Origin: a virus
Reading direction: 5' to 3' (one strand)
Length of the DNA: 39,311 nt
IMG/VR virus record: IMGVR_UViG_3300000976_000010
Positions 29,595-38,330 of the stretch are shown here, in pieces. The position numbers and the translations under genes were made by a program. The notes below the pieces were generated by a model that did not search any database, was not told where the DNA came from, and was given only the letters and a program-made list of their open reading frames with translations. Every line of letters starts with the position of its first letter. Within the stretch, counting starts at the first letter, position 1.

Positions 29595-29900
29595 TTATTT
29601 TCCACTGTTATACTTAGCGTTAGCAACAGCCCAATTTATATTAAATACATAATCATTATACTCTTTATGTCTTTGCCTTAAATGGGATAAACAACTACTG
29701 CTTTTGCTTATTATTTCACTAGGAGCATCGTTATCAATCAACCAATTTAAGTGCTCATTTTCCCTTTCGGCCATTTCCAAAAGTCTAGATATTAGATGTT
29801 GTTTCATCTGTTCTTTAAATGAAAGGCAGTTGCTAACACTATCTATAGCACATTTCTTTTCCTTCCCCCCTTCACCAAATATTCTTTTAATACAAGTCAC
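29595..29900 (-). CDS. hypothetical protein spanning two cassette-junction-like sites
   Basis: 101-aa ORF; AIDSVSNC and WAVAN are encoded by an inverted-repeat pair. Confidence 0.6.
   Translation of the reverse strand: MTCIKRIFGEGGKEKKCAIDSVSNCLSFKEQMKQHLISRLLEMAERENEHLNWLIDNDAPSEIISKSSSCLSHLRQRHKEYNDYVFNINWAVANAKYNSGK
29619..29837. repeat. 219-bp cassette-like segment bounded by a 12/13 inverted repeat
   Basis: GTTAGCAACAGCC (29619-29631) and GGCAGTTGCTAAC (29825-29837). Confidence 0.75.
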
Positions 29901-30127
29901 TTGTTTAAGTTTTGTTTGTTCTTAAATACATACAGCAGATGAAAATGTGTATATTGCATAGCCTATCAACATAAGCAGCATACACAATGCGTTATACCCT
30001 GTTTTGGTGCTTCCTAGCATTCGCAACAAGGTAAAAATAGCACTAAAAGACATCGTTGACTGCAATTCCCCTAGCTTTTAAATGTACTTATTCTATTCAT
30101 CTGTCACTTTTATATCTCGGCATACAC

Positions 30128-30592
30128 CTACTTCAATTGGCTACACACTTTTTTAAATCTTGAAGAATAGTTTTCTACTATCTTTGAAATATGTCCTGAA
30201 ATGTAAAAGTCATAAACCTGAGAATCAAACAGGGCTTGGGCTTGTAAGTTGTTTGTGCCTGTAAAAACATATCCATGCGAACACAACAATTTTTTGGTGT
30301 ACCCAAAGCTTCTTCGTGCAAATTTGCTTCTAACATAATTGTACTTATCTTCTTCCGATGACGGAACTTCTTCATCCCAACTCAAAACAATATCTTCCCA
30401 AGCATCATATCCATTATCCACACCATCAAAGCAGGCGGTCGGAGGAATCCCTTTTTCCTCCATAAATTTTATTAAATCAATGGGATTCACATCAAGTATG
30501 CTAATTGTTCTTGTAGCAGAGCGCGTTTTAGGAGCAGCGTTCTTTAGTATTTTAAATACTTCATCAAATGCGGCTTTAATTAAATTTTCCAT
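30128..30592 (-). CDS. hypothetical protein
   Basis: 154-aa ORF in the array. Confidence 0.8.
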   Translation of the reverse strand: MENLIKAAFDEVFKILKNAAPKTRSATRTISILDVNPIDLIKFMEEKGIPPTACFDGVDNGYDAWEDIVLSWDEEVPSSEEDKYNYVRSKFARRSFGYTKKLLCSHGYVFTGTNNLQAQALFDSQVYDFYISGHISKIVENYSSRFKKVCSQLK

Positions 30593-30631
30593 GTTTATCT
30601 TTGTGTTTATTGGTTATTGGGTAATCATTAA

Positions 30632-30849
30632 TTAAATATCGGTTAAAATTTCAATGTTTTTGCAGTAGTACGGATTTAAAAGAGTGCTAAATGATAAAAC
30701 GGCCTCGTCTCTCTCTTTATTTTTGTAAATCATTTTTCCCTAAACGAATCATTTGTTATTTCGTCAGCCCTCATGATTAGCCCATTGGCTTTGATGAAAT
30801 ATCCTATTTGTACCTTAGCAGCGAAACGTATTGCATTTAAATTAATCAT
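30632..30849 (-). pseudogene. small gene split by a 1-nt deletion (or two ATGA-coupled peptides)
   Basis: MINLNAIRF...NDSFR then the -1 frame GKMIYKNKERDEAV...ILTDI*; 218 nt, one short of 73 codons. Confidence 0.5.
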
Positions 30850-30893
30850 AGTGCGTTAAATTTAGATTTTGTATAGATATTTTATTCGATAGT

Positions 30894-30925
30894 ACAATAT
30901 ACAACCATTTGCTCACTTATGCAAA
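30894..30925 (-). promoter_or_regulatory. Bacteroidota-type promoter variant
   Basis: TTTG-N20-TATATTGT. Confidence 0.6.
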
Positions 30926-31035
30926 TTATTAAAGGGAAATTTAAAACGCTAGGATTAATTTAAAAATAATACAGGATGAAAAATATAATACACAAATTTT
31001 ACCACAATTATGTATTTTACAAATATTCGGTCTAA

Positions 31036-31725
31036 CTAAGCCAATTTGGTTGTACTCTCAATAGTAAGCAAATCCCCATTATCGTCATATTCTTTATACA
31101 ATATCGTTTCTCCAACTTCTTTTGGATTATGTGGAGAAAAATAACTATTGTGTTCACTTAGCGGTTTTGTTAATATATTTTGGTTTTTATCAGGGCTAAA
31201 CTTTAATTTTTCATTGGTACGTTTAAATCCTAAAAAACGTTGCGTGGCTCTCCACAATGACACAACATTTTCTCTTAGACGTTTTGATTTATTATTTAAA
31301 ATACCTATAAAAGTATTAAGGGTGGGATGGACATGTTTAAGACATGGTTCTGACTTAATAATAATACTAAATACGATTTCCCCCTCCCTCTTTATATCGG
31401 TTAAGTATTCTGTATTGTAGTGGAATAAATACTTATTTTTGGTTTCTTCGCTAAGTCCTTCTTTTATTGTGTGCCTTATAAATAAGTAGCTTCCTACGGG
31501 ATTATCCTTACCAAAAACTTTGTTTATACGTAATATATTGATGCCAATATAGTTTTTATCTACTTCCATTTTATTAATTTGGGAAGGTATTTCCCTAAAA
31601 CCATGAACTGAACAAGTGAGTTCATTGAAGCCTAATTCTATATCATTTAAAGTGATTGATTCATTTTTTAAAATGGATTCCGCTTTTCATTTTAGGAATT
31701 TATCCGTTTTTGTCAAGTTAACCAT
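31036..31725 (-). pseudogene. hypothetical gene interrupted by an in-frame TGA at codon 13 (31687-31689)
   Basis: ATG 31725 MVNLTKTDKFLK*KAESILKNESITLNDIELGFNE...INK continues in frame into the 177-aa ORF 31036..31569. Confidence 0.65.
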
Positions 31726-31869
31726 AATCAGTTTTTATTGTTTTTAATTATATTTATAAACGTGTTTTTTAGCCGATGTAAAGACTTAATGAGTTGTCTA
31801 ATTTTACAACGATCCGCCTTTAATCTTTATCATCTGCTTTAAGCCCCCAAACCAAGGTTTAATTTTCAC

Positions 31870-32205
31870 CTAAAAATCATCACTTTCAAGAATTCTTAAA
31901 AGACTTCCATCAACATCCAAACGACCACTATTATACCAATCCCCTAAACCATACCAACCACCACAAACTGTCCTTGCAAATGTTCCACATTCGCCATTTT
32001 CCCCCTCAATAGTTGATATAAAGAAGTCAGTGCTTTTCGCGAAAATCCAAGGACACTCGCTTCTTTTAATGAGCCACATATTTATAATATTACTGTCTGC
32101 TATATCAAAAGGTATCACCTCGCTAACTTTCACGCTGTACATTCTAGAATAGCTAATCTTTCCATCATCAAAGCAATAGTATATTTCTTTTTCTTTCGGT
32201 ATCAT
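31870..32205 (-). CDS. conserved phage hypothetical protein
   Basis: Y.CFDDGKI..SR, FART..GGWY, GRLDVDGSL. Confidence 0.8.
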   Translation of the reverse strand: MIPKEKEIYYCFDDGKISYSRMYSVKVSEVIPFDIADSNIINMWLIKRSECPWIFAKSTDFFISTIEGENGECGTFARTVCGGWYGLGDWYNSGRLDVDGSLLRILESDDF

Positions 32206-32222
32206 ATCATTCTATTGTTTAA

Positions 32223-32531
32223 CTACCCAAGACGTTCAAAAAATCCCAAAAGCGTTTTGAAATAACTAAGATACAAATCTGTATTGTAATCATTCAGGGT
32301 GTCATATTTATTTATACCCGTATTCATTTTGGCTCTTTTCTTGATTACAAATTCTCTATTTATAACAGTTAAAGCAGTCTTAATGAATCTATCTAATTTA
32401 TCGTTGAGAATATCAATATCACAGTTTCTATATTCTCCTTTTTCAAGTTTAGATATTGTATCCTCTAAGGGCTTCACAATTGAAAGAGTGTATATAGCGT
32501 TTTGCTTGAATGTAGCGTTATCGAATTGCAT
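32223..32531 (-). CDS. hypothetical protein
   Basis: 102-aa ORF; TATATTTG element upstream. Confidence 0.75.
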   Translation of the reverse strand: MQFDNATFKQNAIYTLSIVKPLEDTISKLEKGEYRNCDIDILNDKLDRFIKTALTVINREFVIKKRAKMNTGINKYDTLNDYNTDLYLSYFKTLLGFFERLG

Positions 32532-32583
32532 ATCTTCTGTTTTTAAGTTCCTAACAAATATAGTTCTTATTTTTTTCCAAATT

Positions 32584-32808
32584 CTAGACTTTAATTTTCG
32601 GATCCTTTAAATCAACGATAAAATTGAACATACTCGTAGATTCAATATTTAGTCTTTGTATTTGTTTTTCATACTGCTTAATCCTGAATTTCATATCAAA
32701 ATTAGGAGAATTTTTCATTTTAATGAGCTTAATTGCTTCATTCAATTTTTCAATTTCAACCCTATTGGAGTTTATGATGCTCTCGTACTTATCTATTAAT
32801 TTAACCAT
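32584..32808 (-). CDS. hypothetical coiled-coil protein
   Basis: 74-aa ORF in the array. Confidence 0.7.
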   Translation of the reverse strand: MVKLIDKYESIINSNRVEIEKLNEAIKLIKMKNSPNFDMKFRIKQYEKQIQRLNIESTSMFNFIVDLKDPKIKV

Positions 32809-32842
32809 GACGTTTGCTTTTGTTAATAATTATATGGTGTAA

Positions 32843-32894
32843 ATATACAAAAATAGCTCGACAATTAAAAATATGTCGAGCTATTTTTGTATAT
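32843..32894. terminator. 21-bp perfect inverted repeat (terminator or operator)
   Basis: ATATACAAAAATAGCTCGACA / TGTCGAGCTATTTTTGTATAT, 10-nt loop, intergenic. Confidence 0.75.
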
Positions 32895-32911
32895 AATTTT
32901 AAACACAGTTT

Positions 32912-33346
32912 TTATCTTATCGCCCGTTTTAGAGAAACAATAAGACTTCGCAGATGATTCATTTGACTTCTCCCAATAAAAGTTGTTTGATTGTTTTCTA
33001 AAGTGTCCAAATCATTAATTAACCTTCTGCCAATAACCCCAATATACCCCCTTCCCGTTCCATTGAGGGCGTTGTCAATTGTTTTAGTGTATAAATCCCT
33101 GAGATTGTTAAAGCTCATATCTTCATTATATTTAATGGAATATGCGATATGATTCCCCAATAAAGCATACCAAATTGTTTGAATAACAAAATCTTCAACT
33201 ATATTAACACCTCTTAAGAAGGGATTTCTTTTTTTAAAATCAGAAAATCCATCAGAATTTCCAATTATTCTAATAGCCATTTCGTCATTGAGTATTCTTG
33301 CAGCCTGTTTAGCCACATCTATTGCTTCTACCTTGCTAATTGACAT
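32912..33346 (-). CDS. hypothetical protein, possibly late-expressed
   Basis: 144-aa ORF; TACATA at 33375-33380. Confidence 0.8.
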   Translation of the reverse strand: MSISKVEAIDVAKQAARILNDEMAIRIIGNSDGFSDFKKRNPFLRGVNIVEDFVIQTIWYALLGNHIAYSIKYNEDMSFNNLRDLYTKTIDNALNGTGRGYIGVIGRRLINDLDTLENNQTTFIGRSQMNHLRSLIVSLKRAIR

Positions 33347-33415
33347 CTTTATATGTTTTTTTTAAATAATAAAATATGTACTACTATTAAAGGATTCGGT
33401 AAAAAATAACATAAT

Positions 33416-34345
33416 CTATTCTCCAAAAACAGCAGTATAACCCCTCCATCTTTTCAGACGTGTTTCATAAAATTCTAAATCCTCTTCATACAGCTTATAA
33501 ACCTCCAAGCCTAAAACAAAATTTATTACTTGAACACATTCATCGGGCATGTCTCTGATATTTAAAAAGTATGTGTTACCATCAATACTAGTTTCCAAAG
33601 TGTATGATTTATCATCACCCCCATCAAAAATTCTAATCAAGTCTAAAGATTTGTACACAACAGAACTTTCGTATTCGGAAAATATAACTAGATGTAGTTT
33701 TAAATCGCCATTGTTCTTGACCAAAGTTGCTTTGAAACAATAATCATCCCCATCACACTTATAATGCAGATAATGTGTTCCGTATTCAGGATAAACTTCC
33801 AAATTGTCAACGGTATTAATTTTCCTACACCCCGAACCCCGTATTTGTACCATCTCTCTGTTCTCCTCTTCTTTGAGTTTGTCTTCCAAATGGGAGTCAT
33901 ATTTATACTTATGCAATTCTTTAAATAACTCCCAATCAACTTTACCATCCCAATCAATAGTACTCATGTCCACTTTTTTAATGGGATGGGCATTAAGTCC
34001 CAAAACGAAATTTAGTGCTGTTATTAGTTTATAATCAATTTCTTCAAAATACACAAATCCCAATTTGTTTGTTGAGTCTATATCGTACTCGTATGTGAAT
34101 GAGTTAAACAATTCTTGGAAACTGTTATATTCAAATGTATTACTTGATTCAACGCTTTCTTCATAGTCAAACATTGATATGCGTAGATAAACATTATCTG
34201 AATTTTTATTTGAAGTGACCAAAAACCCATAATCATAATCTCCCCCCTCATCTCTTAATAGATACGTCCCATATTTAGGTCTTATTTCCACCGATTGAGA
34301 ATCAAAAACCTCTTCCCAATATGTCTTTTTTAATTTAAAGTTCAT
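33416..34345 (-). CDS. hypothetical protein with two diverged copies of a ~100-aa domain
   Basis: P.YGT...DY.F...NFVLGL occurs twice. Confidence 0.85.
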   Translation of the reverse strand: MNFKLKKTYWEEVFDSQSVEIRPKYGTYLLRDEGGDYDYGFLVTSNKNSDNVYLRISMFDYEESVESSNTFEYNSFQELFNSFTYEYDIDSTNKLGFVYFEEIDYKLITALNFVLGLNAHPIKKVDMSTIDWDGKVDWELFKELHKYKYDSHLEDKLKEEENREMVQIRGSGCRKINTVDNLEVYPEYGTHYLHYKCDGDDYCFKATLVKNNGDLKLHLVIFSEYESSVVYKSLDLIRIFDGGDDKSYTLETSIDGNTYFLNIRDMPDECVQVINFVLGLEVYKLYEEDLEFYETRLKRWRGYTAVFGE

Positions 34346-34371
34346 AATAACTGTTTTATATATTGACGTTT

Positions 34372-34857
34372 TTATTTGAATATATTTGAATATTTTTTCT
34401 TAAATTGTTCAAGGTCTTCTGTGAGCTTGGATAAGTCTTGCATTGAAAATCCATCGCTGATAGGCAACCTTACCACTGATAATAAAGCGTTTAAATTGAC
34501 AATCGCATTCTTTTTTTTAATAAACAACAACAATTCAGCACTATCGTCTTTTATGGGTCTATTAAAATAACTTGAACCAATTGGGTAACATCCTCCATTG
34601 CCTCCAATTTCCCGCCCTGTAGACTTTTTATATCGCTTTCCATCTTCTAAAGTGAACTGCGTCTTTGTTGTTTTAGTTACCTTTTTAGGTATAAAAAATA
34701 CTTTTTTCCTTAAACCATATCCAAGGTTAACTGAGGTCAGTAAAAAAACCGTTTCTCCTGTCTTAATGTCTTCAAATCTCATGATGTTGTTTATTTTTTT
34801 TTGATTATCAATAAACACAATATAGCTATAATTTTTCACAAAATCAAATATAGTCAA
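34372..34857 (-). CDS. hypothetical beta-barrel-type phage protein
   Basis: KVTKTTKTQFTL..GKRYKK..G motif; the true start is probably MRFEDIKTGE. Confidence 0.75.
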   Translation of the reverse strand: MTIFDFVKNYSYIVFIDNQKKINNIMRFEDIKTGETVFLLTSVNLGYGLRKKVFFIPKKVTKTTKTQFTLEDGKRYKKSTGREIGGNGGCYPIGSSYFNRPIKDDSAELLLFIKKKNAIVNLNALLSVVRLPISDGFSMQDLSKLTEDLEQFKKKYSNIFK

Positions 34858-35242
34858 TAAATTTATCAGGAATAACCCAATAACCGTTTATACAGCTACC
34901 GTAAATAGCCTTACAATCCTTTATTATGGTTCTGTCAAACTTAGAGCCTATAACTCTTCCTGTGGGCAGCTTGTGTCTACCACGCGTGAGCTGACAAACG
35001 GATAAGTCGTTGCCAATACAATCAAGTATAAACGGCTTTCCATAATCCACGAATTGATCTAGCGTTATTTTAGACTTCTTAGCAGCCGTTTTGCAAAATC
35101 TTTCGACATCTGCTGCGGTGAATGCCTTTGTTATTTTAGGCTCGTATCCTTTTTTGGGTGGATAAAAATCTTTATATGTTATATCATTAATTAGCCAATT
35201 CTCTAAACCTATATAATCAATTATATATTTTTTGTATTTCAT
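34844..35242 (-). CDS. hypothetical protein
   Basis: 132-aa ORF in the array. Confidence 0.75.
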   Translation of the reverse strand: MKYKKYIIDYIGLENWLINDITYKDFYPPKKGYEPKITKAFTAADVERFCKTAAKKSKITLDQFVDYGKPFILDCIGNDLSVCQLTRGRHKLPTGRVIGSKFDRTIIKDCKAIYGSCINGYWVIPDKFIDYI

Positions 35243-35261
35243 GTTGATAAATTTTCACTTT

Positions 35262-36029
35262 TTATAAAAACTTAAATTGTGCCAACTTAACACGTACCTT
35301 AAATACGGTGTCATACCCACGCACATAAACTGTCAACCTACCCTTATAATAAGTCCGTGGCCTAAATTCCTCAAAATCCATTCTCTTAATCCAATCGGAA
35401 CATAGAGTACCAATCCTCTCTTCATCATTGGGCGAATAGCTATTGACATTAAACCAATTATATAAACTATATTTTATGTAATCAATCAAATATGGAGGAT
35501 GTTTGTATATTAAGCTCCATCTATTTTCTAATTCATCTTCTTTTAGTCCGATAATTCTCATAAATATAGAACTCCGACCTTCCTTTATTTCAAAGTCGAT
35601 AGGCAATTTAAGCGGTTCAGTTTTAGGCTTTGACAAGAAATATTTAACGTCTCTTAATTTTCCTTTCCTCGGCCGTCTTTGATGTAAACACCCATTCAAA
35701 ACATGTGTATTAAGATGCCTTTCGGTATATCCCAATTGAAGCACTTTGATCCCGTTTATTAAATAAGCATCACTCTTTTTTGGATTTTTATCAGTTTTAT
35801 AACCTCTGCAATATTTCTCTTTAAGTTTGTACTTAGTACTCAAATGGATGAACTCGAATTCTTCCGAGAATCTTTTAAAAACGCCCTTTACGTCAGATGA
35901 AAATGAATTATCGCCCTGTATCTTTCTAAGATAGATTTGGCATAAATCAATAAAATTTAATGAGTAGCCATTATCCTTTATAAAAGTTTCAATTTTTTTC
36001 TGTATTTTTTTAACTCGTTCAAAATCCAT
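35262..36029 (-). CDS. hypothetical basic protein
   Basis: 255-aa ORF starting 1 nt after the ATPase stop. Confidence 0.8.
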   Translation of the reverse strand: MDFERVKKIQKKIETFIKDNGYSLNFIDLCQIYLRKIQGDNSFSSDVKGVFKRFSEEFEFIHLSTKYKLKEKYCRGYKTDKNPKKSDAYLINGIKVLQLGYTERHLNTHVLNGCLHQRRPRKGKLRDVKYFLSKPKTEPLKLPIDFEIKEGRSSIFMRIIGLKEDELENRWSLIYKHPPYLIDYIKYSLYNWFNVNSYSPNDEERIGTLCSDWIKRMDFEEFRPRTYYKGRLTVYVRGYDTVFKVRVKLAQFKFL

Positions 36030-36030
36030 G

Positions 36031-37278
36031 CTATTTTTTATTTTTTACATCAAGTTTGTCCAACACCTTTTCATAATCGTCAATATTGTATTTGCACCAA
36101 TTGGCCAACTTTGAGAAAGATTTGGGAACATTTCCTATTTCTATATTTTCATCCACCACCGATCCATAAAATATTTTTAGGTAATCCAAGGTTGATTTTT
36201 GGTCGGGAGGAAGAACTTCTACTACCAAATCAAACCGTCCATCCCGTAAAAGAGCATCATCTAATTGGTCTATTTTGTTAGTAGTTCCTATCAATAGCAT
36301 ATTATCTTTGGCAATAACACCATCCATGAAATTCAAAAATGTAGAAAAGGGAACTTTGCAATCAGGATTAATCGGATTTCTGTCTTTGTCATAAAGAGTG
36401 TCAATTTCCTCTATAAAAATAGCTGAATTTGGCAAAATCTGAGACATTGCTCTTGTCAAATCACTCGCTTCTCTCATGCCATTGATGTCTAAATAATATA
36501 CATACATATTAAGTTTAAAGGCAATAGCGGCAGCCAAAGAAGACTTACCGTTCCCTGCTCCCCCATGCAGCATTATACCCAATTTATTTTTTATTCCCAT
36601 TTCTTTCAAGCGAGGGGAGTTCTTTTTCCATGTTTCTATTTTATCTGTAATTAGCTTTTTTGTATTTCCTGTTGAAGCTATATTTTCCAATTTAATAGGC
36701 GAAAAATTATCAAAGTTGTCCCATTCCCTTGAATGTGTATCGTACATGTAAGTACAAATTGTCTTGTTTTTGTTTTCCCTTAATAAACGCTGCTCCACGA
36801 GTTCGTCACATAGGCTTCGTAGTAAATCTTTTTTAAATAAGGTCGTTATTTTATATATTCCCAACCTAGCATTATAGATATTATTAGCCCCCTTCAATTC
36901 CTTTATTGTTTTGCTAATGAATATTGGGTAGCCTCTATATAATATGAAATACGAATCAAAGCTTTGGTCATGTGCTATAGTAGTATTTGCTCCCCCTGTA
37001 ACTTCGTTTATTTGGGTTTCTATTATTGGAATTGTATTTCTGAATTTATGAGAGTATTTATTATTCAAAAATATATTAAACTCATCGTAAATTAGTTGAC
37101 CACCTTCAAGAACTATAGAGTGTGAAAAAAAACGCCTGATAGAAGCAGCTAAATATTTTGGGATTTTTAAAAGGGCATAACCTAAGCTAGAAATAGCAGC
37201 TAAAAGGAGTCCTGCAATAGCAAATTCATTCGTTTGTATTTGTATGCTTAAGTATTCGTAAATTTTATCGTATGACAT
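36031..37278 (-). CDS. BCS1-like membrane-anchored AAA+ ATPase
   Basis: N-terminal TM (NEFAIAGLLLAAISSLGYALL), ~170-aa middle domain, GIMLHGGAGNGKSS, AIFIEEID, FLNFMDG, TTNKIDQLDDALLRDGRFD. Confidence 0.85.
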   Translation of the reverse strand: MSYDKIYEYLSIQIQTNEFAIAGLLLAAISSLGYALLKIPKYLAASIRRFFSHSIVLEGGQLIYDEFNIFLNNKYSHKFRNTIPIIETQINEVTGGANTTIAHDQSFDSYFILYRGYPIFISKTIKELKGANNIYNARLGIYKITTLFKKDLLRSLCDELVEQRLLRENKNKTICTYMYDTHSREWDNFDNFSPIKLENIASTGNTKKLITDKIETWKKNSPRLKEMGIKNKLGIMLHGGAGNGKSSLAAAIAFKLNMYVYYLDINGMREASDLTRAMSQILPNSAIFIEEIDTLYDKDRNPINPDCKVPFSTFLNFMDGVIAKDNMLLIGTTNKIDQLDDALLRDGRFDLVVEVLPPDQKSTLDYLKIFYGSVVDENIEIGNVPKSFSKLANWCKYNIDDYEKVLDKLDVKNKK

Positions 37279-37312
37279 TGATTATTTTTTATGTTGGTGT
37301 AATTTATACTTG

Positions 37313-37343
37313 CAAATGTAAAAGATAATTCTCATTAAACAAA
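37313..37343 (-). promoter_or_regulatory. Consensus Bacteroidota sigma70 promoter
   Basis: TTTG-N19-TACATTTG. Confidence 0.8.
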
Positions 37344-37414
37344 ATTATTAAACGATTATTTTTTTTTTGCGTTATTATGACCTATTGATTAATTTTTAAA
37401 TTAAAACTATCCTT

Positions 37415-38257
37415 ATGAAAAAGGTTAAGGGGTTATCAGGTAACAAACCACCTGAAAAAATTACAGTTCCAACCGAAGCTACAACGGCCGATGATATGCT
37501 TTTTAGCAAAAAACCATTACATGAACACACCATCGAAGAGTTAGAAGATAAATTGGTTCGATATGATGCAGCGTTGTATAATATGGTGTACGAAATACCC
37601 AAAAGCACCAAGACAATTGTTGGGCGCATGGTTGACCAATTAGGAAAGTCTATCAAAGGATTGGGTTTGGCTGATGCGGAATCTGTGTGGTTTTTGAAAC
37701 TAAAGTTGTCGGGAAATTCCTTTACGTGTATCAGTGACCATAATCTTCATAAAAGTGATTATTTCAAAAATAATTCCGTTGAAGCAATCGGCTTTGGCGA
37801 GAAAGAAGTAGGAGAATCCACAAAATTCTATTATAAAGTATCTTCAAGTAATGTTCAATTATTAACCAAAACCGCGAACACATTAAGCGAAAAGGGAGGC
37901 GTGGATGTTTACTATAAAAACGGCTCAAGCAGCGATAATTTATTTTTGGACATGTTGGATTTGCGGATTATGCAAACTATGATGTCACATTACGAACTAG
38001 ATAGTCAGACCTGTGAATCTGCTGCTTCATGGGTAAAGCATTTCGAGGTGGCAAATATTTCAATTTATAAGTTGCATACTGCCATTAAACAAGCTACCTC
38101 ACTTCTAAAAGAGAAACGAGCAGAAGTTAGCGCACAGATGCAATTGGATAAAATTGCTCATAAAGGCGGAAAAGAGGGATTTACTGTAGATGAAATGGCA
38201 GCAAAAACACTAGATAAAGAAAAGGCTGTCCTAGTACCTGTTCAGGATGATAAGTAG
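37415..38257 (+). CDS. hypothetical protein
   Basis: 280-aa ORF, divergent from the ATPase operon. Confidence 0.85.
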   Translation: MKKVKGLSGNKPPEKITVPTEATTADDMLFSKKPLHEHTIEELEDKLVRYDAALYNMVYEIPKSTKTIVGRMVDQLGKSIKGLGLADAESVWFLKLKLSGNSFTCISDHNLHKSDYFKNNSVEAIGFGEKEVGESTKFYYKVSSSNVQLLTKTANTLSEKGGVDVYYKNGSSSDNLFLDMLDLRIMQTMMSHYELDSQTCESAASWVKHFEVANISIYKLHTAIKQATSLLKEKRAEVSAQMQLDKIAHKGGKEGFTVDEMAAKTLDKEKAVLVPVQDDK

Positions 38258-38273
38258 TTAATATATAATAAAT

Positions 38274-38316
38274 AAGCATGAAACATGTTCATTGAAAAGG
38301 GGGTGTTTCATGCTTT
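38274..38316 (+). terminator. 12-bp inverted repeat downstream of a stop codon
   Basis: AAGCATGAAACA (38274-38285) / TGTTTCATGCTT (38304-38315). Confidence 0.55.
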
Positions 38317-38330
38317 AAAAGCAATAGAGC

